NCBI GenBank assembly: GCA_020353515.1
Contig: CP070695.1
Coordinates: forward strand, 1,928,141-1,986,262
Length of the DNA stretch: 58,122 bases
Reading direction: 5' to 3'
DNA from: Candidatus Heimdallarchaeota archaeon
Lineage (GTDB): Archaea > Asgardarchaeota > Heimdallarchaeia > Hodarchaeales > Hodarchaeaceae
Below, in pieces: positions 1 through 8,708 of the stretch (position 1 is the first letter of the stretch; every line of letters starts with the position of its first letter). The notes beneath the pieces are model-generated. The model worked only from the letters and a program-made list of their open reading frames with translations, was not told the DNA's origin and did no database searches. A program made the position numbers and the translations under genes.

Positions 1-2
1 GA

Positions 3-2441
3 CATTTTGCCAGTGATAGTGATTGGGTTGTTGGTGGGGATCTACTTATTAATAATACTACTTTTCTTGATGGTATCTTTGATACGATTGGTTCTATTAA
101 TCTGGTTGTTACTGGTGACCTTGTCATTGGTGGGGGTTCGATTTGGGCAACAGGTGGATTAGATATTAATTCTGTTGGTGAAATATATATCAACCAAAGT
201 GAGATTCGTAATAATCTAATTGTAAATTCAGATATCGAAGCGTTTGGATCTAATGTATCCATCCCTTTCGGTTATACAATTACATTTCTAGATGGTTCAG
301 CAATGTTTCAAAGTATTTTTTTTACAGTTTATCCTATGGATAATTCAAGTCGCTTAGTTCCTGTTGAACTAACCTTCACATCGGATGATCAACAGACTGA
401 AATTTTCTCTGGTGATGGAGAGATTATTGAGGGAATACTTGCGAAGAGCGTAATGAATGTTTCCGGTACTTTTGATGTTATTTGGGATTTAGAGGCACAA
501 TCTTACTTATTTATGGAATATTATTCTTCTCTAAGTATGATAACCTCCTTAAATTTGACGATTATTTTTGATTATGATTCTGACCTTAATACCAATGGGA
601 TCCACGATTTCAAAGAAGATTCTGATGAAGATACACTGATAGACGGGTATGAGATATATCAATACGGAACTGACCCACAAAACAATGATACGGACTCAGA
701 TCTCATACCTGATGGATGGGAAGTCACCATGAATACCAATGCGTTAGTTGATGATGCGACTGAAGATCCTGACGATGATACTTTGGAGAACTATCAAGAA
801 TTTCTGTTTGGGACTGATCCGCATAGTCAGGATACGGATAGTGATGAGATGCCTGATTCGTGGGAATATCTGATGAATTTAGATGGAAACTTCAATGATT
901 CTGCACTGGATAAAGATTTTGATGGCATGCCCAATCTTTGGGAGTTTCAAATGGGTCTTAATGCCACATTTGACGATTCCACTCAGGATAAAGATATTGA
1001 TGGGATGCCCAATCTCTGGGAATATCAGAATGATTTGAACGCGACTCGTGATGATTCAGCGGAGGATCCTGATTCAGATACCTTAACTAATCTGCAAGAA
1101 TATTCTTTTGGGACTCTCGCTCATGATTCTGATACTGATGATGATCTCATGCCTGATGGCTGGGAATTCTCAATGGGCCTCAATGGCAATGTTGATGACG
1201 CGGCGTCAGACAAGGATATCGATGGTCTTCCGAATCTTTGGGAATATCAGAATGGATTAAATGCCACATTTAATGATTCTGGAGAGGATCCTGATCTTGA
1301 CAATTTAACCAATTTAGAGGAGTATGCATTCAATACAGCTCCCTTCGATAACGATACCGATAATGATCTCATGCCTGATGGCTGGGAACATGAGATGAGG
1401 CTTGATGGTAATTTCAATGATGCTGCTGCTGATAAAGATGGCGATGGGATGCCGAATCTTTGGGAATATCAGATGGGTCTTAATGCTACAAGTGATGATG
1501 CTGCTGCTGATAAAGATGGTGATGGTATGACTAATCTTTGGGAATATCAGAATGGGCTTGATGCCAGCTATGATGATTCTAGTGAAGATCCTGATAACGA
1601 TGGACTAAGCAACTTTCAGGAATTTTTGTTTGGTACAGACCTACATGACAATGATACCGATGATGATCTTATGCTTGATGGGTGGGAATATGAGATGGGG
1701 CTCAATGGTACCAGTAATGATGCTGCTGCTGATAAAGATGGTGATGGGATGCCCAATTTCTGGGAGTATCTGATGGGTCTTGACGCTACTAGCGATGATG
1801 CTGCTTCTGATAAGGATGGCGATGGGATGCCCAATTTCTGGGAGTATCAGATGGGTCTTGACGCTACTAGCGATGATGCTGCTGCTGATAAAGATGGTGA
1901 TGGGATGCCCAATCTCTGGGAGTATCAGATGGGACTTCAGGCCGATACCGATGATGCTCAAGCTGATAAAGATAATGATGGGATGCCCAATCTGTGGGAA
2001 TACCAAAATGCCTTTGACGCAACCACGGATGATTCTCAAGGGGATCCTGATCAAGATGGTCTTGTCAATTTAATAGAATATAATTTTGGGACTGATCCAC
2101 GTGATCCTGACACTGATGATGATAGCATGCCTGACAAATGGGAGTACGACAATAATCTAAAGGGAAATGAAGATGATGCTGCTGAAGATCCTGATAGTGA
2201 TGGGTTATCAAATCTTGAAGAATTTGAAATAGGGACTGATCCGAATGATTCTGACACTGACAATGATGGAGCTAACGATAAGGCTGATCCTCATCCTCTC
2301 GAAGCGCGACCTGATGACACTATTCGAGGTAACCCCCTTCTCTCTATTATCGGTATTGTCTCATCTTCAGTTCTCTTGGTAGTTACTCTCGCTCTCGTTG
2401 GGAATAAAATCAGATCCATAAGGAAAGCTGGGAGAGAATAA
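3..2441 (+). CDS. Cell-surface Ca-binding (thrombospondin type-3-like, DxDxDG) repeat protein with C-terminal TM anchor; 5' partial
   Basis: The frame is open from base 3 (HFASDSDWVVGG...), so the gene starts before the window. It has >20 D-x-D-x-D-G-x-x-[DN]-x-x-E repeats, then a hydrophobic helix (LLSIIGIVSSSVLLVVTLALV) and a basic tail. Confidence 0.85.
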   Translation, partial: HFASDSDWVVGGDLLINNTTFLDGIFDTIGSINLVVTGDLVIGGGSIWATGGLDINSVGEIYINQSEIRNNLIVNSDIEAFGSNVSIPFGYTITFLDGSAMFQSIFFTVYPMDNSSRLVPVELTFTSDDQQTEIFSGDGEIIEGILAKSVMNVSGTFDVIWDLEAQSYLFMEYYSSLSMITSLNLTIIFDYDSDLNTNGIHDFKEDSDEDTLIDGYEIYQYGTDPQNNDTDSDLIPDGWEVTMNTNALVDDATEDPDDDTLENYQEFLFGTDPHSQDTDSDEMPDSWEYLMNLDGNFNDSALDKDFDGMPNLWEFQMGLNATFDDSTQDKDIDGMPNLWEYQNDLNATRDDSAEDPDSDTLTNLQEYSFGTLAHDSDTDDDLMPDGWEFSMGLNGNVDDAASDKDIDGLPNLWEYQNGLNATFNDSGEDPDLDNLTNLEEYAFNTAPFDNDTDNDLMPDGWEHEMRLDGNFNDAAADKDGDGMPNLWEYQMGLNATSDDAAADKDGDGMTNLWEYQNGLDASYDDSSEDPDNDGLSNFQEFLFGTDLHDNDTDDDLMLDGWEYEMGLNGTSNDAAADKDGDGMPNFWEYLMGLDATSDDAASDKDGDGMPNFWEYQMGLDATSDDAAADKDGDGMPNLWEYQMGLQADTDDAQADKDNDGMPNLWEYQNAFDATTDDSQGDPDQDGLVNLIEYNFGTDPRDPDTDDDSMPDKWEYDNNLKGNEDDAAEDPDSDGLSNLEEFEIGTDPNDSDTDNDGANDKADPHPLEARPDDTIRGNPLLSIIGIVSSSVLLVVTLALVGNKIRSIRKAGRE
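1716..1950 (+). repeat. Near-identical 78-bp (26-aa) tandem repeats within the surface protein
   Basis: Three consecutive copies of gatgatgctgct..gataa.gatgg.gatgggatgcccaat.tctgggagtatc.gatggg. Confidence 0.85.
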
Positions 2442-3691
2442 TGATGTTCACTGAAGCTGAAAGAGGGAGACATAACATCTTTTCTTTCACTTTCCGTGCT
2501 ATTTCTGCTTTTACCTCAGTTACTCTCAGTGTTCTCTACATTAGCCTGAACTTCTATTATTATTTAGCACCAAAAGATTTTGCGATTTACCAAGCTACTA
2601 ATTTCCCTTACCAACTGACTCTTTGGATCACCCTCTTAAGTCTTGTATTAATGGTATTTTTCCTTTTAGTGACCGTTCTCAATATCAAACTCTTTACAAT
2701 GGACCCTGAAGAATACCGTTCAAGTGTCAGTGAATCCTCTTGGTTGGCTTCTATCTGGGTAATTGCATTATTTCTCACGATTTTTCTATTCATAATTATC
2801 AATGATGATTCAATGTTTTGGCTCTCGTTAATTCTAGGAATCTTTATTCTCGTTGGGCTTCTCATTTTCGTCATTCAATCATTCCAAGGTATCGAAGAAA
2901 AAGCCTATGCTCTTTCTTCTGCTATATTCAAGCGTAATTATCCTATAAATACAGAACGTCCTTCCGAAACAACAATAAAGAGGCGAATACTCTTCTTAGA
3001 TGGATTAGATTATGACTATCTCATAACCAAAGATCACATCATCCTACTAATTGCAGGAGCTATTTTCCTTGCCCTTCAGGGGATTTCTGCCTTTCCATTC
3101 ATTGAGGAGGCGTTTAAAACATTTGTGCCGTTACTTCGCGATCTATTGGCCCAAATTCAATTAGGCTGGCTAGTAGACTTGGTGCTTGTTCCTATCTTTC
3201 ACTTAATTCTAGCAATTGCTTCCTTCATTTCAATTCCCTTCACAGTTTACTTCGATCCTGAACTTCTTGAAGTTTTATCAAAGGTTGTTTCAATGTTCAG
3301 CTCTCTTTTTGTGCTATTTCTTTTTCTAACCCCAGTTACCCGAGAAACTGTTCAAGTATGGCGGGAAGAAATGGATACAGCCCAAGGCGCGGTAGAAACG
3401 TTTAAAGGAAGAATTGCGCGAAATCGATTGTATCACTTGACGAAAAGTGGAGCCTTCTATTTATATTGTTTTGGACGAGTGACCTATTCATTTTTAATGG
3501 GATTTCTCCTCATTCTACAAATGGATTCTGGATCTTCAATAAACGAATATGTTGAAATTATTCTTTTTGTTCTTGTTGCTTTCTATATGATCGAACGCGG
3601 ATTTAGTAGAACTATTTTTAGAACAAAAGGATTGGAAGGTTATGATAGCAAAGATAAAGGAGGGGGCTCCCGATGGAGTGAGGATCAATGA
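2441..3691 (+). CDS. Polytopic membrane protein of unknown function
   Basis: About 9-10 hydrophobic segments; start overlaps the upstream stop (TAATG), suggesting translational coupling. Confidence 0.7.
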   Translation: MMFTEAERGRHNIFSFTFRAISAFTSVTLSVLYISLNFYYYLAPKDFAIYQATNFPYQLTLWITLLSLVLMVFFLLVTVLNIKLFTMDPEEYRSSVSESSWLASIWVIALFLTIFLFIIINDDSMFWLSLILGIFILVGLLIFVIQSFQGIEEKAYALSSAIFKRNYPINTERPSETTIKRRILFLDGLDYDYLITKDHIILLIAGAIFLALQGISAFPFIEEAFKTFVPLLRDLLAQIQLGWLVDLVLVPIFHLILAIASFISIPFTVYFDPELLEVLSKVVSMFSSLFVLFLFLTPVTRETVQVWREEMDTAQGAVETFKGRIARNRLYHLTKSGAFYLYCFGRVTYSFLMGFLLILQMDSGSSINEYVEIILFVLVAFYMIERGFSRTIFRTKGLEGYDSKDKGGGSRWSEDQ

Positions 3692-4096
3692 CCCAATTTA
3701 GACTCCTCATTCCCTACTTTCAACAATTGTCCCCTCACACATAACTTTCTTTCTATTATTTTGATTTCAGATGTTTTCTGAGTATATTTTTCATGTGATT
3801 GCTGTCTTTCACAAATACTGATTGGGGCTTTAATACTGGAAGAAATTACAATAAAACCATTTCGTTTGTCTAAAAACATGAGTGTATGTATTCAAAATCA
3901 GAAATTCACTGTAATTTTGGAAAGGGTGCAGGGTGAGGAAATTCTATACCCTGATCAACTCGACCGATTAATTGGGAAGCTTTTGATATTGAAAGACACT
4001 ATAACACTTAAATCGTGCGATAAATTGACATTAAATTATTTAGACCTAAGGATTAATTGTTAAGAACGATTTAGTATCTATAACCGATCTTTCTAA

Positions 4097-5011
4097 TTAA
4101 ATTTCATCTTTATGGATAAGTATTCCTCCACACATTGGACAGGTGGCCATTTTCGCTGCTTTCATATCAAGAAAACATTTTTCACATACAAATCGGGAAC
4201 ATTGCTGACATTGATAAGCAATATCAGTAGCAGGGTGTTGTTCGTTATCCACTTGACAGAAAAACGGTGTTCCAAGCGCCTTACTAAAAGGTTTCTTTGG
4301 AGGAGTAAAAATAGTAAGAGGTTTCTTAAGCTTTACTTTTTTAGACCAAATAATTAATATTCCCAACCCAAAGATGATGATTAGTAGGATTATCATGATT
4401 AATCCTAGAATATCAGAATAATCGATCTGGCTTTCGGGTACTATAGGGGGGAAGTCAACTATCCCCCTATGAAATATTAAATAAACTTGGGCTTGTATTG
4501 GGGAATTGCCCCCTATTGGATTATTACAATCATACCATCGATCAGTTGTAGAGTTACACCACCAACTTGTGTTTACATGTCCGAGATAATCATTTTTGGC
4601 CTCAACATACTCTTCGTCAGATTCCCAAACCTCGATTCTGATTGATAACTGTGAACAATTTCCAGAAAATACGATCCAGTCCAATTGAACCTCATCGCCG
4701 TCATTGACACTTCGAAACATATAACCCGTTTTTGCGGGATTATTGTTGATGAAGACTTTTACATAAATCTCTCCTGCTCCACGATCTCGATCTTCAATTA
4801 TTTTTATGCGATCTATCTCTAAAGTTATTTCTTGTTCTTCCTGACAAGAAGCCTTTTTCTGAATAGGAAAATATAATAATATTAACACTGTTATTAAAAT
4901 GGTACGAGTGAATCTGATTTGGTTTGTACATAATTGATTATAAAACAAGTAGAAGTTTTTTCGAAGTAAATTCTTCAAGGTAATCCCTCTTTTTATTTTT
5001 GCAAAGGTCAA
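4097..5011 (-). CDS. Membrane protein: beta-rich (C2-like) ectodomain, TM helix and cytoplasmic RING-like Zn finger
   Basis: Signal-like hydrophobic stretch, GEIYVKV...IEVWESD...DYLG segment, TM (ILGLIMIILLIIIFGLGILIIW), C-terminal CQVDxxxH...CxxC-x3-CxxC...CPMC; true start uncertain. Confidence 0.7.
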   Translation of the reverse strand: MTFAKIKRGITLKNLLRKNFYLFYNQLCTNQIRFTRTILITVLILLYFPIQKKASCQEEQEITLEIDRIKIIEDRDRGAGEIYVKVFINNNPAKTGYMFRSVNDGDEVQLDWIVFSGNCSQLSIRIEVWESDEEYVEAKNDYLGHVNTSWWCNSTTDRWYDCNNPIGGNSPIQAQVYLIFHRGIVDFPPIVPESQIDYSDILGLIMIILLIIIFGLGILIIWSKKVKLKKPLTIFTPPKKPFSKALGTPFFCQVDNEQHPATDIAYQCQQCSRFVCEKCFLDMKAAKMATCPMCGGILIHKDEI

Positions 5012-5061
5012 AGTGAAAGAGAGCCAATGCGATTTTTTTTTGAAAAATCTTCAGGAATTGA

Positions 5062-5217
5062 TTATTTGATTCTAGTGTGGTTTCTTACATTTACTCCACA
5101 AAGCTTGCATTTACCTCCAAATTTGAAGCATTTTCCGCACACGATCCCTCCTCTCGGACATTTGAAGTAATGAACCATAAATCCATTTGAACGACTGCAA
5201 TTATCACATCTCACCAC
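5062..5217 (-). CDS. Unannotated 51-aa Cys-rich RING-like/zinc-finger miniprotein
   Basis: GAGGTG RBS then GTG start; MVRCDNCSRSNGFMVHYFKCPRGGIVCGKCFKFGGKCKLCGVNVRNHTRIK*; 7 Cys including three CxxC pairs. Confidence 0.8.
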   Translation of the reverse strand: MVRCDNCSRSNGFMVHYFKCPRGGIVCGKCFKFGGKCKLCGVNVRNHTRIK

Positions 5218-5350
5218 TTGAAACACCTCTCTCGATATTTTCTAATTCAAATATTACATACCTTAAAAATTTAATCCGTTGTTGAAAGATCAGACGCTAG
5301 GACTCATTAAATCACTGATTAAAAGAGAGAAAAAAATAAGGAAAAAGAAG

Positions 5351-5869
5351 TTAGAGAGTATCGATCAGTTCAGGCCGATAAGAAATAACGAGTGCTTTCG
5401 CTAAGCATTGGTCTGCTAGGGGTAACAGACTATTGTATACATCAACACATTTGAATTCCTCAATATCCTCTCCTAATTCCAAAACTTCTTCTTGAATTTT
5501 GTATTTCTTCCCATTTTTACTAGATACAATCACTGAATTGTTTTTATGACTTAATTTTGATTCTTTACAAATGATTCTTTGTAATAGTAGTTTTGCCTTC
5601 GTTTCAGCGTCCTTTCTTTTTCTCTCTTTCTCATTTTCAAAAATAAGGGAACCTCGAAAAGAAAAAGCCAACTGTGGTCTATGACCGTTGATCCGGATTA
5701 ATTCTTTGCATAATTTACGGTTTTTATGTAAAACTATGGTATAAACTGTGTCATTTATGATGTAGGTAAATTTTATTTTGTTTTGATTTACATTCTCTAT
5801 TGTTAGTTTCTTTGGGTCGAGTTTGTTCCAGGAGCGTTTGAAAAAATAAAGATGTGAAGAATTGTTCAC
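5351..5869 (-). CDS. Hypothetical basic protein
   Basis: 172-aa ORF with RBS (GAGGTGG); C-terminal C-V...LP-x-x-D-x-x-LAKAL motif. Confidence 0.6.
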   Translation of the reverse strand: MNNSSHLYFFKRSWNKLDPKKLTIENVNQNKIKFTYIINDTVYTIVLHKNRKLCKELIRINGHRPQLAFSFRGSLIFENEKERKRKDAETKAKLLLQRIICKESKLSHKNNSVIVSSKNGKKYKIQEEVLELGEDIEEFKCVDVYNSLLPLADQCLAKALVISYRPELIDTL

Positions 5870-5872
5870 TCT

Positions 5873-6169
5873 TTATCCACCTCTTACTGGAGGGAAGACT
5901 AGGATCTCAATTGGTTTGCTATACAGGAATGGCAGGGTATCTTTTGGGGTATATACGCCTTTTTCACTCTCTGGTATGTATATAAAATTCCCTTGTTTTT
6001 GTTCTACTCTCAAAATAGTGTACGCCCGTTTTACGGGAACTGTTACCCCAGTATCTCCCACCTTGTTCAATTTTCGTATTGTTATGTAGGATTTCACGAT
6101 TTTTACACCTACTCCGCGCTTCCGCGGCTGAAACTGAGATGTAAAAATCCTGCTGACTTTGTCTGACAT
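5873..6169 (-). CDS. Hypothetical basic protein, co-transcribed with 5351..5869
   Basis: 98 aa, RBS GAGG before ATG, 3-bp gap to the next gene. Confidence 0.55.
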   Translation of the reverse strand: MSDKVSRIFTSQFQPRKRGVGVKIVKSYITIRKLNKVGDTGVTVPVKRAYTILRVEQKQGNFIYIPESEKGVYTPKDTLPFLYSKPIEILVFPPVRGG

Positions 6170-6276
6170 TTCCTCTTTTTAAACCTTAGCATAATGGATA
6201 TGGAAGAAAACCGCTTTGTTTAATCAAAATAAACTAAAATTCTCTAGGAAGGAAGTTCCTTTACACGTGTCAGAAC

Positions 6277-6765
6277 TTAAGATAGTTCACTCTCAATGCG
6301 TTGGATCATAGCAGATTCGTTCTCTGGCTTATAAACTTCAAGATCCAACTCGCTTGCAATGTTTGTGATGTATTTATCTCCCGAACAAAAATAGTTTGCC
6401 TTGAGTCTCTTGCTGCTGGATATTTGGATCGCATCAACAATATAAAGGCGGTGTTTAAGGACGAAAGTCCAACTATCCATTTGCAATGAGCTTAGGGTAG
6501 GGAGGATGACTAGTTGATTGATCCTCAGTAATCGTAAAGTTTCATCGACAAATTTTGCCATCATTTTGTTAAAGGCCTCTTGATCGACCCAGTTTCGTCT
6601 CAAATATTGATCAAATACACCTAATACCTCTCCAACATTCAGAAGATTTAATGCAAGGGTAAAGTATCCTTGACTTGCTCGATCAAACAGAAAATCTGCA
6701 AAAGAGGTCCCTTCTTCTTGGATATATCGTTTCACAATTATTGAGCTATCCAGATAGATTAGCAT
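6277..6765 (-). CDS. vapC: PIN-domain VapC toxin
   Basis: IYLDSS.IVKRY..E.G N-terminus, acidic PIN residues (E, DA, SGD). Confidence 0.9.
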   Translation of the reverse strand: MLIYLDSSIIVKRYIQEEGTSFADFLFDRASQGYFTLALNLLNVGEVLGVFDQYLRRNWVDQEAFNKMMAKFVDETLRLLRINQLVILPTLSSLQMDSWTFVLKHRLYIVDAIQISSSKRLKANYFCSGDKYITNIASELDLEVYKPENESAMIQRIESELS

Positions 6766-7033
6766 GGGAATTTCTCATCTCTCGGATTATTCTTTCTGCA
6801 GGAATGGGCATTGTTGGTCTTTCCTGTTTGATTTGCTCTAATGAAAATGTTTGAACATCTGTGGGTTGAAGTAATTTTCTTAGATTATCTTCAAAGTTAA
6901 TTAAGGTGTTGTCGTCAATTATTTTGTTCAGTTCGCTGCTTAGAGCTCTCATCGTACCACTGGAACGATATACCTGATCTTTAAACTTTTCCCAAGACTT
7001 TTTCTCGGTATAAAAGCTTACTTTTTCAGTCAA
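6746..7033 (-). CDS. Putative VapB-type antitoxin
   Basis: 95 aa, overlaps vapC by 20 bp, RHH-like N-terminus, C-terminal AERIIREMR typical of archaeal antitoxins. Confidence 0.7.
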   Translation of the reverse strand: MTEKVSFYTEKKSWEKFKDQVYRSSGTMRALSSELNKIIDDNTLINFEDNLRKLLQPTDVQTFSLEQIKQERPTMPIPAERIIREMRNSHANLSG

Positions 7034-7053
7034 TCATTTCACCTCTTTGACTC

Positions 7054-7065
7054 TTTAGTACTAAA
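7054..7065. promoter_or_regulatory. Palindromic operator of the toxin-antitoxin operon
   Basis: Perfect palindrome TTTAGTACTAAA just upstream of the antitoxin RBS. Confidence 0.55.
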
Positions 7066-7136
7066 CTGGTATTAACGAATAAAAATTTTTCCATTCTTAA
7101 TATGATTTATCATTACCATAAAAAAAAGAGATGTTG

Positions 7137-7838
7137 TCACAGATAGGAATCCGAGACGATCTGGCCATCTTCCATCTTTATTAAACGCATTCCTGAGGTG
7201 AGGAATTCGTCGTCGTGGGTCACACAAATAATGGTTTTTCCCTGTGTCCGATTGAGCGTCAATAAAAGGTTCATGATTTCTTGTCCTATTGTGGAATCGA
7301 GATCCCCTGTGGGTTCATCCGCTAGAATAATGACAGGATCGTTTGCCAGCGCCCGTGCAATCCCGACTCGCTGTTTCTCTCCTCCTGAAAGTTCGTGAGG
7401 TAGATGATGTTTGCGTTTCTCTAAGTTGACAAGCGTTAACAGCTCTAAAGCTCGTTGCTCACGATATTTACGTTTGACCCCGCTAATGAGCATGGGTAAT
7501 TCAACATTTTCAAGGGCGCTGAGAACGGGATGAAGATTGAAAAACTGAAATACAAAGCCAAGTTGATGTCGACGAAGCCAAGACAATTCAGGATCGCTCA
7601 GGATCGCTAAGTTGGCCTGTCGAAACCGAACCGCTCCTGATGATGACCGTTCAAGCCCTGCCATGACATTCAATAGAGTGGACTTGCCACTTCCCGAAGG
7701 TCCCATCACGACAATGAACTCTCCATGCTGAATCGTGAGAGTGACATCAGTGAGGGCATCAATCGTATGGTTTCCAATGGTATAGCACTGGTTCACGTTT
7801 TCTAATTCTATTAAGATCTGTTGTGTAGTAAAACTCAT
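7137..7838 (-). CDS. ABC transporter ATP-binding protein (LolD/MacB-like)
   Basis: Walker A GPSGSGKS, LSGGEKQR signature, ILADEPTG, VTHD. Confidence 0.95.
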   Translation of the reverse strand: MSFTTQQILIELENVNQCYTIGNHTIDALTDVTLTIQHGEFIVVMGPSGSGKSTLLNVMAGLERSSSGAVRFRQANLAILSDPELSWLRRHQLGFVFQFFNLHPVLSALENVELPMLISGVKRKYREQRALELLTLVNLEKRKHHLPHELSGGEKQRVGIARALANDPVIILADEPTGDLDSTIGQEIMNLLLTLNRTQGKTIICVTHDDEFLTSGMRLIKMEDGQIVSDSYL

Positions 7839-7840
7839 GG

Positions 7841-8704
7841 TTAATCATCTCGTACAGGAACAATGGTAGCAACCCCATCTTGGATCTTGATTTTAACATG
7901 GTTTTGAATACCGCCTTGACGCAAGATGTCTTCTGGAATACGTAGGGTACCCTGTTCATCGACAAAAATCACTTCCTCACGCTCCGAACTTGTCTCAGTA
8001 GGATCCACCGCTCGATGTAATCCCACAATCCTACCATCTAAGATACGAAGGGCTTTATCTGTCATCTTGGCAAACCGATTGTCATGGGTAACTACGATAA
8101 AGGTCTTTCCGTGTTGTTTATTCAGTAATTTGAAGTATTCAATAATTTTAAACGTTGTTACACTATCTAACTCACCTGTTGGTTCATCAGCAAGCACAAT
8201 CGTGGGATCATTAGCTAGAGCGACTGCAATCCCCGTCCGCTGGGCTTCGCCCCCAGATAGTTGAGAGGGTTTGTGGTTAAGCCGACGTTCTAACCCAACA
8301 TCCTTCAACAATTGTTGTGCACGCTGTTTTTGTTGTTCATGACTCCAACGGCCAGCCAGCTTCATGGGTAACGTCACATTTTTTACAGCTGTCAGATTCC
8401 AGACCAAATTACGTTCGGGTAACTGGTACAGAAATCCCACCTTATGTCTACGGTATAGGGTCAATTGTCGATCCTTCATTTTCGTAATGACATCATCCTC
8501 CAAGATGATATCACCAGTAGAGGGCCTATCAATCCCTCCAATTAGGTTCAACAATGTACTTTTACCAGAGCCACTGGGGCCGATGATCGCAATCAACTCC
8601 CCTTCGTTGGCTGTGAGTTCAATCCCTCGGAGTGCTGGGACTTGGAGTTTACTTTGTTCCTCAACATAAAGTTTTATCACATCATTGCATTCAAGAAATG
8701 CCAT
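7841..8704 (-). CDS. ABC ATP-binding protein (LolD-like) with C-terminal AbrB/SpoVT-like domain
   Basis: GPSGSGKS, LSGGEAQR, LADEPTG; tail VDEQGTLRIPEDIL...VKIKIQDGVATIVP. Confidence 0.9.
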   Translation of the reverse strand: MAFLECNDVIKLYVEEQSKLQVPALRGIELTANEGELIAIIGPSGSGKSTLLNLIGGIDRPSTGDIILEDDVITKMKDRQLTLYRRHKVGFLYQLPERNLVWNLTAVKNVTLPMKLAGRWSHEQQKQRAQQLLKDVGLERRLNHKPSQLSGGEAQRTGIAVALANDPTIVLADEPTGELDSVTTFKIIEYFKLLNKQHGKTFIVVTHDNRFAKMTDKALRILDGRIVGLHRAVDPTETSSEREEVIFVDEQGTLRIPEDILRQGGIQNHVKIKIQDGVATIVPVRDD

Positions 8705-8708
8705 TTAC

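Noticed and set aside
1400-2000. Regular repeats as a possible CRISPR array or DGR template
   Set aside because: In-frame 78-bp coding repeats with no unique spacers, and no cas or reverse transcriptase gene
1616-2473. Short antisense or alternate-frame ORFs within the repeat protein
   Set aside because: Shadows of the repetitive coding sequence
3685-4063. ORFs 3685..3879 and 3866..4063
   Set aside because: No RBS or recognisable motif; at most a decayed fragment
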